A stretch of 64,000 nt of DNA from Treponemataceae bacterium (GTDB lineage: Bacteria > Spirochaetota > Spirochaetia > Treponematales > Rectinemataceae), in NCBI GenBank assembly GCA_963678065.2, contig CAXXVZ010000003.1:224001-288000 (forward strand). The letters run 5' to 3'. A model generated the notes under the pieces. That model did not search any database. It worked only from the letters and a program-made list of their open reading frames with translations, and had not been told where the DNA came from. Each line of letters opens with the position of its first letter. Position 1 is the stretch's first letter. Positions 9,879 through 18,973 of this stretch are shown here, piece by piece. A program made the translations under genes and the position numbers.

Positions 9879-11189
9879 ATGAACATTCTCGCCGAAGAAC
9901 TCAACAGGGCACTCGCAGGAACCGTGGCCGAACGCCTTCTATCCGACATGGGCAGGCGCATGTATTTCCCGAAGGGTATCCTCACCCAGAGCGCCGAAGC
10001 CACCCAGAAAGCCCACCGCTTCAACGCCACAGTCGGCATGGCCTACACCCGCGGCGAACCCATGATTCTCGACGCCATCCGGGAAGGCATGCCCACGCTC
10101 AACCCCTACGAGGCTGTCGCCTACGCCCCCACGAGCGGAGTCCAGGCCGTGCGCGAGCGCTGGAAGAAAGCCCTCATCGAGAAGAATCCTTCCCTTTCGG
10201 GCTCGGTCTACTCCCTGCCCGTCGTCGTGCCTGGCCTCACCGCCGCCGTCTCGTACCTCGCCGACATGTTCGTCGAGCCGGGCGATACTGTCGTCGTTCC
10301 CGACCTCCACTGGCCCAACTATCGCCTCATCGTGGAAGAGCGGAAGACCGCCGCCGGCCTGACCTATCCCATATTTGCCGATGGTGGCTTCAACGTCGCC
10401 GGCATGGAAGCGCAGCTTCGAGAGGCGGGAAGCAGGCGCGGCAAGGCCATCTGCGTCCTCAACTTCCCGAACAACCCCACGGGCTATTCGCCCACCCTCG
10501 CCGAAGCCACATCCATCGTCGAGGCGCTCTGCCGCATAGCGGACGAGGGCACGGACCTCCTCGTCATCATGGACGACGCCTACTTCGGCCTCCAGTATGA
10601 AGAAGGCCTCCTCAAAGAATCCCTCTTCGGCCCACTTTCGGCGGTTCACGAGAACATCCTCGCAGTCAAGGCCGACGGCCCCACGAAGGAGGACTACGTC
10701 TGGGGCTTCCGCGTCGGCTTCGTCACCTTCGCCGGCAAAGGCCTCTCAGCCACCCACTGCGAAGCTCTCACCAAGAAACTCGGCGGAGTCATCCGCTCCT
10801 CGGTCTCCAACTCCAACGCTCCCGGTCAGAACCTCCTTCTTAAGGCCCTGGAATTCCCTGGCTACGAGGAGCAGAAAAAAGCCTACCGGGCCATCCTGGA
10901 GAGCCGGTACCGCGCCATGAAAAACTGGCTTGCGACCACGGGCGCTCCCGGCTGTCTGGCGCCTCTTCCCTTCAACTCAGGCTACTTCATGAGCTTCGAG
11001 TGCAAAGGCATCTCCGCGGAGGCCCTCCGGATCAAGCTTCTCGACGAGAAGGGCATCGGCACCATCTCCATGCAGGACAGGTACCTCCGCGTCGCCTTCT
11101 CCAGCGTCGAGGCCGGCGACATCCCGGAACTCTGCGACGAGATCGCCGCCGCGGCCACCTGGCTCGCCTCCGCCAAGTCCGGCCACTGA
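9879..11189 (+). CDS. class I/II PLP-dependent aminotransferase
   Basis: NFPNNPTGY, DDAYFG, KADGPTKEDYVWGFRVGF. Confidence 0.9.
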   Translation: MNILAEELNRALAGTVAERLLSDMGRRMYFPKGILTQSAEATQKAHRFNATVGMAYTRGEPMILDAIREGMPTLNPYEAVAYAPTSGVQAVRERWKKALIEKNPSLSGSVYSLPVVVPGLTAAVSYLADMFVEPGDTVVVPDLHWPNYRLIVEERKTAAGLTYPIFADGGFNVAGMEAQLREAGSRRGKAICVLNFPNNPTGYSPTLAEATSIVEALCRIADEGTDLLVIMDDAYFGLQYEEGLLKESLFGPLSAVHENILAVKADGPTKEDYVWGFRVGFVTFAGKGLSATHCEALTKKLGGVIRSSVSNSNAPGQNLLLKALEFPGYEEQKKAYRAILESRYRAMKNWLATTGAPGCLAPLPFNSGYFMSFECKGISAEALRIKLLDEKGIGTISMQDRYLRVAFSSVEAGDIPELCDEIAAAATWLASAKSGH

Positions 11190-11236
11190 TCCGTCTTAAG
11201 GGCCTCCGCGCCCGCCGTGGTCGGCTCCCTCTCCTG

Positions 11237-12475
11237 TCAAAACCCGGAGAGCGGTATCTCCAGCCTCAGCAGCACGGGAAAGTGATCCGATACCGATCTC
11301 ATGTCCACGTCGGGATCGCTGTCGCGCACGGCGACGCTTCCTCCGACATAGGCTGACTTCGCCGCCCCTGATAGAAGGATGTGGTCGAGAATATTCCGGT
11401 GGGCCCCCTTATCGTAGGTCGGTTTTCCCGGAAGAAGGTACTCGTTCACTGCGAAGAGGTCATTCGTGCTCTGGGCGTCGTCCCTGATCTGGAGATAGCC
11501 CATCGTCGTGGTCCCGAGCCCCGACTCCGCACCCTCGCCGACCGGCAGCCTGTCGCCGACTGATGTCGTGTTCATGTCCCCGGCGACGACGACCAGGCGT
11601 TTTTCGTCGACGCGGCCGCGCAGATAGTCGGCGAGGGCCCGCGCCTGGGCGCGCCGCTTTCCGAGCGAGTCGGCGTCGGACAAAGCCTTCAGGTGCAATC
11701 CGATTACGGTGAGTTCCCGCCCTTTCACGTCGATGCGCGCGAGGAGGGCGGGGCGGGGCCAGTCCCCCTTTCTGTCCGCTCTCGCGACAGACTCCTGCGA
11801 GACTATGCGGTAACGGCTCAATATGGCGATGTCGTCCTGCGTGCCCGTCTCGAGGATGGCCGTGTAGGGCATGGTCCACCCCTCCTTCGCGAGCGCAAAG
11901 GAGAGCGAAGTCATGTCCCCCCCGGGTTTGCTGTCGGACTGGACTTCCTCGAGGACAAGAATGTCCGCGCCGGCATTCTTTGTCACGCGGGCGATGCTGT
12001 CGTGCAGGTTTGTGCGTATGCCCGTCTTCTTGTCGACGATTGCGCAGTCCCTGACATTCCAGGTGGCGATCGTCAGGCTCTGAACGGATCCCTTGGCGGC
12101 CGGAACTGGCGTTGGCGTCGGTTTTGTCGCTTGGGCGGCGGGTTTGACAAGAGGCTCCGGCGTCGGCACAGGACGAGGGGAGGGAAGGGTGGTCGCGGTG
12201 ATCGCTTTCTGCGCCGCGATCGTTTCCGCGGACGGAGTCCTTCCCGGCCCCGGATTCCTGGCGAACCACAGTCCCATGATGAAAACAACGCTCGCGAGGA
12301 CGAGTATCCCCGCGACCGTGGACGCGATTCTCTTCGCCTGAGCCCCCTCGGGCTCCTCTTCCCGCGATTTTCCGCCGGAAGCCTGAGCCGCGGAGGGGGA
12401 AGGTCTGTTCCCGGGCCTGCCGGCCCTTCGCGAAACCGCGCCCGGCCCGGCCACTCGTCGGCCTTCCTTCGCCAT
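11237..12475 (-). CDS. membrane-anchored endonuclease/exonuclease/phosphatase family protein
   Basis: IATWNV, LVLEEV, HLKA, AGDMN, LDHILLS, SDHFPV; N-terminal TM and Pro/Thr linker. Confidence 0.88.
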   Translation of the reverse strand: MAKEGRRVAGPGAVSRRAGRPGNRPSPSAAQASGGKSREEEPEGAQAKRIASTVAGILVLASVVFIMGLWFARNPGPGRTPSAETIAAQKAITATTLPSPRPVPTPEPLVKPAAQATKPTPTPVPAAKGSVQSLTIATWNVRDCAIVDKKTGIRTNLHDSIARVTKNAGADILVLEEVQSDSKPGGDMTSLSFALAKEGWTMPYTAILETGTQDDIAILSRYRIVSQESVARADRKGDWPRPALLARIDVKGRELTVIGLHLKALSDADSLGKRRAQARALADYLRGRVDEKRLVVVAGDMNTTSVGDRLPVGEGAESGLGTTTMGYLQIRDDAQSTNDLFAVNEYLLPGKPTYDKGAHRNILDHILLSGAAKSAYVGGSVAVRDSDPDVDMRSVSDHFPVLLRLEIPLSGF

Positions 12476-12507
12476 TTTCTCTCCCTGTCGGACTTACTTC
12501 GTCGCGC

Positions 12508-13686
12508 TTATTTCAGGATATACGAAGTGAGCGGCGGGAAGCCGTTGAAATAGATGGAAGAGTAACTCTGTGTGTATGCGCCCGTAGTCAGGATGTAGAC
12601 CCTGTCGCCGATGCGCGCGCTCTCGGGCATGAGGTAGGTCGCCTTCTCGTAGAGGATGTCCATCGAGTCACAGGTGGGGCCTGCGAGGATCACGTCCACG
12701 GAGTTGCCCGAACCCTCGAAGTAGATTGGGTATTTGATCGCCTCGTCCAGGGTCTCGATGAGGCCGCCGAACTTGCCGATGTCGAGGAAGACCCAGGGGT
12801 AGCGGTCGTGGACCGATTTCTTCGCGATGTTGACGATCTCCGCGACGATGACGCCCGAGTCGCCGGCCATGGATCGACCCGGCTCGATGATGATCTCCTC
12901 GGGCCAGTGGTCCTTGAACGTGTTGTCGAGGAACCTGCGGATGTCGTCGGCGTACTGGCCGATGTTGTCGGTCGGGTCGACATAGTTGGCGGGGAATCCG
13001 CCCCCCATGTTGATCATCTTGAGGTCGACGTGGGCGTCCTCGCGGGCCCAGTTGAAGAGCTGGCCGACCGTGGTCAGGGCCGAAGACCACTGGCCGACAT
13101 CGCGCTGCTGGCTTCCCGGATGGAAGGAGATGCCGTAGGGCTCGAGGCCGAAGCGCACCGCCGTCTTGATGAGCTGACGGGCCAGGTCGGGGTGGGAGCC
13201 GAACTTGCGCGAGAGCGGCCAGTCCGCGCCCAAACCTTCAGTGAGAAGGCGGAAGAAAACCCGCGAGCCGGGGGCGGCGCGTGAGATTTTGTCGAGGTCG
13301 GAAAGCGAATCGGTCACGAAGAGCCTCACGCCCTTCTCGAAGAAATAGGCGATGTCCTTCTCTTTCTTGATCGTGTTGCCGAAGCTCATCCGATCCGGAG
13401 AAATTCCGAGTCTGAGGAGCTGGTCGAGTTCGTAGCGGGTCGCCACATCGAAGTTGGAGCCGAGATCCCTGAGGAGCGAAACCACCGCGTCGTCCGGATT
13501 CGCCTTGACCGCGTAGTAGATTTTCGCGAACGAGAGGTGTGAGCGGAGTTCCTGGTACTTCTGTCTGATGACGTCGAGATCCAGGATGAGACAGGGCGTT
13601 TCGAGCCCTTTGGAGAAATCCTTGATGCGCTCGAACTTCTCTTTAGCCATGAAGTTTTCGAGCGGGAAGCGGTACTGATCGTTCAA
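12508..13686 (-). CDS. type III PLP enzyme, ornithine/lysine decarboxylase
   Basis: YAVKAN, SFHPGSQ, NMGGGFP, EPGRS, GPTCDSMD, TGAY; TTG start with AAGGAGAGG RBS. Confidence 0.92.
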   Translation of the reverse strand: MNDQYRFPLENFMAKEKFERIKDFSKGLETPCLILDLDVIRQKYQELRSHLSFAKIYYAVKANPDDAVVSLLRDLGSNFDVATRYELDQLLRLGISPDRMSFGNTIKKEKDIAYFFEKGVRLFVTDSLSDLDKISRAAPGSRVFFRLLTEGLGADWPLSRKFGSHPDLARQLIKTAVRFGLEPYGISFHPGSQQRDVGQWSSALTTVGQLFNWAREDAHVDLKMINMGGGFPANYVDPTDNIGQYADDIRRFLDNTFKDHWPEEIIIEPGRSMAGDSGVIVAEIVNIAKKSVHDRYPWVFLDIGKFGGLIETLDEAIKYPIYFEGSGNSVDVILAGPTCDSMDILYEKATYLMPESARIGDRVYILTTGAYTQSYSSIYFNGFPPLTSYILK

Positions 13687-13839
13687 GTCGGTACCTCTCC
13701 TTTAATTGATGATAGTCGCGCGCCAGAGCTTTCCGTCGCGGGCTCCATTGTTCAGAATACGGGCTTTTCCCGCGTTCGGTCAAGGATGGATATGCCGCGG
13801 TATATTGCCTTTCCGTCCGAGCTGCGCTATATGGATAGG

Positions 13840-14616
13840 ATGCTAGGATTTTACTTCAAAAAAGCCTTTTTCGACGGCTGGGACCATCTCTTCGCCCTGG
13901 TGGCCTTGAACCTCGTCTTCCTCGGCCTCGTCGCCCTCGTCGTGATTCTCCCCATGTCGCTGGGGCTCTCGGGCGCCCTGACCCTCGTACCCGTATCCCT
14001 CGCCATACTCCTCTGCTCCGTCTGGTGGTCGGCCTGCGTCTACGCCCTCGTACGCGTCGCCGATTACGGCTCGGTCGCCTTCCGCGAGGTCCTGGACGAC
14101 CTCAAGGCCGGCCTCGTTCCCGGCCTCCAGATGGCCGCCGTCGCGATAGTCGGCTGGGTTCTCGTATCAGTCGGCCTCCCTTTCTATCTCTCCAACGGGG
14201 GGCTCCTCGGAGTCTTCGCGGCCGGAATCCTCTTCTGGTGCGCCCTCATCGCCCTGTTATCGCTGCAGTATTACATCCCTCTGCGCGCCCGCCTCGGCGG
14301 AGGCTTCAAAAAGAACATCCGGAAATCCTTCATCATGTTCTTCGACAACGCCGCTTTCTCGATCTTCCTTCTCATCTACAACGCAGTCACCTTCGCCATC
14401 TCCTTCTTCCTCGCCTTCATGGCGCCTGGATTTGCCGGCATGGCCCTCGCCCTCGACGTGGCGGTCAGGCTCAGGATGAAGAAATACGACTGGCTCGAGG
14501 CCAATCCCGGAGCCAACCGCAAGAAGGTCCCTTGGGACGAACTGCTCGAGGAAGACAAGGATCTCGTCGGCCCCCGCACGCTCAAGGGCATGATCTTCCC
14601 CTGGAAGGACAAATAA
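13840..14616 (+). CDS. conserved integral membrane protein
   Basis: MLGFYFKKAFFDGWD...IFPWKDK; multiple TM segments; host-like C-ending codons. Confidence 0.8.
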   Translation: MLGFYFKKAFFDGWDHLFALVALNLVFLGLVALVVILPMSLGLSGALTLVPVSLAILLCSVWWSACVYALVRVADYGSVAFREVLDDLKAGLVPGLQMAAVAIVGWVLVSVGLPFYLSNGGLLGVFAAGILFWCALIALLSLQYYIPLRARLGGGFKKNIRKSFIMFFDNAAFSIFLLIYNAVTFAISFFLAFMAPGFAGMALALDVAVRLRMKKYDWLEANPGANRKKVPWDELLEEDKDLVGPRTLKGMIFPWKDK

Positions 14617-14763
14617 AGGTGACAGGTGTCAGAAAAGTCGAAATCGACTTTTCTGCACTACATAAAAATCGCGTGTATTCGAAAACCGGCAGGTTTCCGA
14701 ATACACGAATGTCAATCCGATAAAATCCTACAAGCCATTTTATCGGATTGACAAGGAGCCTTC

Positions 14764-15906
14764 ATGGTAATCTCTACCGATCCCGCACAGAGCGAGGCGG
14801 CCCTCTCCCGTCTCGTCTTCATACGTCTGCCCGAGGCCCTCAAGAAGAGCCTCGCGGATATCATTCCCGACGACTCCATCCTCCTGCCCCTGGAGACTGC
14901 CGGAGCCTCCGTTCGGAACGGCATCGACTCCCGCTCCATCACCCCCGAAAGTCTCGTCGCGGGCATGCTGCGCGTCCTCGCCTGGAACCCGGGCCACAAA
15001 CACGCCGCCCAGTACCGCTCCATCGTCGAGGCAGTCCGCCCCGGACTTCTCTCCGAGCTCTCCGAGGCCGGCGTCGCCAAGGCCGGCGAGCGCGAGTGGG
15101 ATATCGCCGAGGAAATCTTCCGCGCCCTCGCGGGCCTCTACCCCGAGGTACCCGAGCCCTTCCTCGACCTCGCCATCCTCTACGAGGAGCGGGCCGAATC
15201 CTACGCCCAGACCGAGCAGAACGAGCTCGCCGAGTCCATGCGAGAGAAAGCCTTCGCCATCTACAAGGACTTCCTCGCCCAGGACCCGCCCTTCGCGCCA
15301 GCCTACTATCAGGCCGCCCTCTTCTTCCTGCGCCGCCAGAACTACTCCCGCGCCCACTCCCTCTTCGCCACCTACCTCAAGATAGGGGAGGACGAGGACA
15401 AAAAGACCCGCGCCGCCGAAATCAGCCGAACCATCGAAGATTCGGGCTACCTCGACAACCTTTTCAAGGAAGCCTTCGACTTCATCAGAATGGGCGAAGA
15501 AGAGAAGGGTCTCGACAAAGCGCGCGAATTCGTGACCCGTCACCCCGAAGTCTGGAATGGCTGGTTCCTCATCGGCTGGGCCTGTCGCCGCCTTTCGCGC
15601 TGGGAAAACGCGCGCGACGCTTTCCAGAAGGCAGTCGAGCTCGGCGCCGACGGGGTCGACGCTCTCAACGAGCTCTCCATCTGCCACATGGAGCTCGGTG
15701 ACTACGCCGCGGCCCGCCGCGCCCTCGAAAAAGCCCTCCGCATCGAGGGCGACAATGTCAAAGTCATCACCAACCTCGGCGTCGTCTCCCTGCGCGCGGG
15801 GAAAGTCGACGAGGCCTCCGGCTTCTTCCGAACAGCCCTCGACCTCGAGCCCGAAGATCCCGTCGCCGCGGGCTGGCTCGCACAGATCGACGGAGCGGCT
15901 TCCTAA
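14764..15906 (+). CDS. tetratricopeptide-repeat protein
   Basis: Repeated helical TPR patterns (WFLIGWACRRL, ALNELSICHMELG, ITNLGVVSL); AAGGAG RBS. Confidence 0.85.
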   Translation: MVISTDPAQSEAALSRLVFIRLPEALKKSLADIIPDDSILLPLETAGASVRNGIDSRSITPESLVAGMLRVLAWNPGHKHAAQYRSIVEAVRPGLLSELSEAGVAKAGEREWDIAEEIFRALAGLYPEVPEPFLDLAILYEERAESYAQTEQNELAESMREKAFAIYKDFLAQDPPFAPAYYQAALFFLRRQNYSRAHSLFATYLKIGEDEDKKTRAAEISRTIEDSGYLDNLFKEAFDFIRMGEEEKGLDKAREFVTRHPEVWNGWFLIGWACRRLSRWENARDAFQKAVELGADGVDALNELSICHMELGDYAAARRALEKALRIEGDNVKVITNLGVVSLRAGKVDEASGFFRTALDLEPEDPVAAGWLAQIDGAAS

Positions 15907-15918
15907 AGAGAGGCGGCC

Positions 15919-16944
15919 ATGATTCCGGACTCTGGGCTCCTTCGCGCCCGCCTCGAAGCCGCGTGCGCCGCCCTCGACTCTGAGGAGCTCCGCATCCGCC
16001 CCGCTGACAGCTCCGGTCGTCCCGGCGGCCTCGTCATTCTTCCCGAGCTGCCCACCATTCTCGTCCCCGACCTCCACGCCCGCGGCGACTTCCTCGCCGC
16101 CATCCTTGGCTGGGCTCCGCCGGGGACAGCGGGCGAAGCCGCGGCAGACAGAACTGCCCCTGCCGCCAGAGCCCCTGCGCCGAATGTCGGCGACCTCCTC
16201 GCCCGCGGCAGGATCAACCTCGTCTGCCTCGGCGACGGCATCAACACGGAGGGCAGCCCCGAAGCCGCGAGGCGCTGGCGTGCCGCCCTCGGCGAATATT
16301 TCTCCGGCTGGAGGGAGCGGAGAGCCATGGACGAGGAGATGGGCCTCGCCCTCGGCGCCATGCTCCAGGTCATGGAACTCAAGGCCGATTACCCCGGCAA
16401 CTTCCATTTTCTCAAAGGCAACCACGACAACCTCGCCGACCGGGCCGACCACGGCGACCGCCACTTCTTCAAGTACGCCTCGGAGAGTGCCATGGGCGCC
16501 TCCTGGTTCGAGTCGACCTACGGCGCCGATCTCCTCGAATCCTGGCGAGGCTTCGAACTCTCATTGCCCCTCGTCGCCCTCCGCCCTGGCTCCGCCGCCG
16601 CTTTTGCGGCGAGTCACGCCGAGCCCGCCACCTGTCTGACCCGCGAGGACATCATCGAGTACAGAGACCGCCCCGACACCGTCTACGCCCTCACCTGGAC
16701 CGGCAACGACGAAGCCCTCCCCGGTTCGGTCCGCGCAAGTCTCGACAAGCTTTTGACGCAGGTCCCCGGCCCGAGGCTCTGGTTCTCGGGTCACCGCCCC
16801 GTCCAGGACCTCATCCGCCTCAGGGCGGACGGCCTCCTCGTGCAGTTCCACAATCCTCACTACGCCCAGTTCGCCTTTCTTGAACCAACGCGCCCCTTCG
16901 ACCCCGAGCGCGACATCGTCAGACTTCTAGGGGTCTTTCATTAG
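15919..16944 (+). CDS. calcineurin-like metallophosphoesterase
   Basis: PDLH, LGDG, KGNHD, SHA, SGH motifs. Confidence 0.82.
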   Translation: MIPDSGLLRARLEAACAALDSEELRIRPADSSGRPGGLVILPELPTILVPDLHARGDFLAAILGWAPPGTAGEAAADRTAPAARAPAPNVGDLLARGRINLVCLGDGINTEGSPEAARRWRAALGEYFSGWRERRAMDEEMGLALGAMLQVMELKADYPGNFHFLKGNHDNLADRADHGDRHFFKYASESAMGASWFESTYGADLLESWRGFELSLPLVALRPGSAAAFAASHAEPATCLTREDIIEYRDRPDTVYALTWTGNDEALPGSVRASLDKLLTQVPGPRLWFSGHRPVQDLIRLRADGLLVQFHNPHYAQFAFLEPTRPFDPERDIVRLLGVFH

Positions 16945-17034
16945 GCCGTCGCAGGGCCTGGTCCTCAGTCCACCCTCGGAACTCTTCTCCAGCCTTGACC
17001 CTGAGCCCTTTCGCCGTTTAGTATAAATTAAAAT

Positions 17035-17841
17035 ATGGCCACCCGACGTCGACCCACGAGAGATACAGGATCCTCCGGCAACACAGGCTGCCTCCTCTGG
17101 CTCGCCGGCGTCATCGTCATCGCCTTTCTCTTCGCCCTCAGCTGGCCGGAAATCCAGGCCACCCTCCAGCGCACGAAGATCGTGGAGACCATCCGCGACC
17201 GCAAATTCGGCGACAAGAAAAAGAACCCTGTCACCCCCGCACCCAAGATCGCCCCCGAGCCGGGAACCGAAACGCCCGGCCAGTCCCTCCCTCCCGGCAT
17301 GCAGCTCCCCGGTTCGACCACAGCGACCACCGTCCTTCCGGGCCCCCTCATGAGTCCCCGCGACCCCAACTCCACGACGACCCTGCCCGCGGCTGAAACC
17401 TCGACGACTCTCGCCCTCCCGAGGCGCCCGGTCAAGCTCTACTTCGTGCGCATCGACGATGACGGCATCATTTCCCGCCAGGAAGTCACCCGCGAGATTC
17501 CCGTGACATCCTCGCCCCTCCTCGACGCCCTCGGCGCCCTCGTGAAAGGGCCCTCCGAAGAGGAGCTCCGGCGCAAACTCGTCTCCTTGATCCCCCTGAA
17601 CTCCCGCCTGCTGTCGGTGAAGATCCAGGGCTCCACCGCCGTCCTCAACTTCAACGAAGCCTTCATGTACAACCGCTTCGGGATCGAGGGCTACGCCGCC
17701 CAGCTCAAGCAGGTCGTCTATACGGCCACCACCTTTCCGACCGTCCAGGACGTCCAGATCCTCATCGAAGGCGAAACCCGCGACTACCTCGGCGGCGAAG
17801 GCGTCTTCATCGGCCGCCCCCTGTCGCGCAACAGCTTCTGA
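17035..17841 (+). CDS. GerMN-domain membrane protein
   Basis: N-terminal TM; LVKGPS, SLIP, LNFNEAF, QVVYTATTFPTVQDVQILIEG. Confidence 0.88.
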   Translation: MATRRRPTRDTGSSGNTGCLLWLAGVIVIAFLFALSWPEIQATLQRTKIVETIRDRKFGDKKKNPVTPAPKIAPEPGTETPGQSLPPGMQLPGSTTATTVLPGPLMSPRDPNSTTTLPAAETSTTLALPRRPVKLYFVRIDDDGIISRQEVTREIPVTSSPLLDALGALVKGPSEEELRRKLVSLIPLNSRLLSVKIQGSTAVLNFNEAFMYNRFGIEGYAAQLKQVVYTATTFPTVQDVQILIEGETRDYLGGEGVFIGRPLSRNSF

Positions 17842-17896
17842 ATCCTAGTCCAAATCTTTTTTCCTCCTTGAGAGTCCGAAGAATCCTGATTTCTCT

Positions 17897-18800
17897 TTAT
17901 CCCAGCTCTTCAGCCGAAATTCCGGTCACTTCGATTATCATGTCGACAGAAATCCCGAGCTGTTTCATCTTCAGCGCGATTGTGCGTTGAGCCGCCGCTT
18001 CTCCCTCGTCGCGCCCCTGCACTATTCCTTGAGCTATCCCTTGGGCTATCCCTTGAGCTATCCCTTGGGCTATCCCTTGAGACAGACCTTCTGCCATTCC
18101 TTTCCGGATGGCATCGCCGCGCATCGAATTTGTCAGCCGCTCGGCCTCGATCTGTCGCCAGTATAAGTCCCGCTCTTCCTCTTCCTTCGTGAAAGCTCCC
18201 ATGATTTCCACAGCCTCCCGCATCGAATCCTGCCGGGCCCACTCGGGCAGTTCCTCTGGGTCGAGTTCCTCTCCCGACGCGAGGAACCTCATCCACCGAG
18301 TGAGGTCGGCAAGGCTTTCTTCTGTAAACGTAAGCCCTTGAGAGTTCTCCTGCAAGACCTGAGAGGGTAGCATTTCTTCTTCCTGAGCAAGCCTGTTCCA
18401 CATGCCCAGCTCCAGAATGACGATCGCGAGGTGATCGTCAAAGACACTATTCGAGGAATCGCGAACCATCCGTATCGCATCGATCCATCGTCCTTCCGGA
18501 AACAGGGGCTCGTTGAATATCCAGACAGCCACGACAGGTTTGTGGTCGCGGTATTCCCCGCCTTTTTGATTTGGTCGGCATAGAGCCTGCAAATGTTGTC
18601 GGTCATCCTGTGATTTGCCGCTTCCAGCTGCCGCAGCTGGATTTCTACCTGGAGGTCTCTCCCTGATTCATCACGGGCCCGGATATCCAGAACTGCGTCT
18701 TTGCCGCCCGAAAAAGTCGCAAGAGAGAAGGGGTTGAGGATGTCGACTGTCCGGACTTTCATTAGCGAATTCGCCCTGATCACCCATTGCCTTAAAACTT
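17897..18800 (-). pseudogene. Rpn family PD-(D/E)XK nuclease / putative transposase, frameshifted and 5'-truncated
   Basis: LDIRARDESGRDLQVEIQ in one frame and GGEYRDHKPVVAVWI...EEEERDLY...ITGISAEEL-type tail in the -1 frame; shift at the T5 run 18563-18567; the usual N-terminal DxxFK motif is absent. Confidence 0.85.
18024..18080 (-). repeat. 12-bp tandem coding repeat (Q-G-I-A)n in the Rpn tail
   Basis: CTATCCCTTG(A/G)G units repeated about 4-5 times. Confidence 0.9.
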
Positions 18801-18973
18801 GCATCGTGATTGAAGTTCGCGGCAATTTTCATTTTTCTCCCCATTTCATGAAAATCCTGCTGGAATCCCGGTAATCCTGCCTAAACTCTCAATCCACATT
18901 GTTCCCCGCCCAATTCCATGCTATCCTGTCAAACAAAAGCACGTTTCGTTCTCCGAACCAAAGGAGGCATAAA

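Noticed and set aside
18830..18960. Glycine riboswitch upstream of gcvT
   Set aside because: No GGAGA / CCGAAG / CTCAGG aptamer motifs seen
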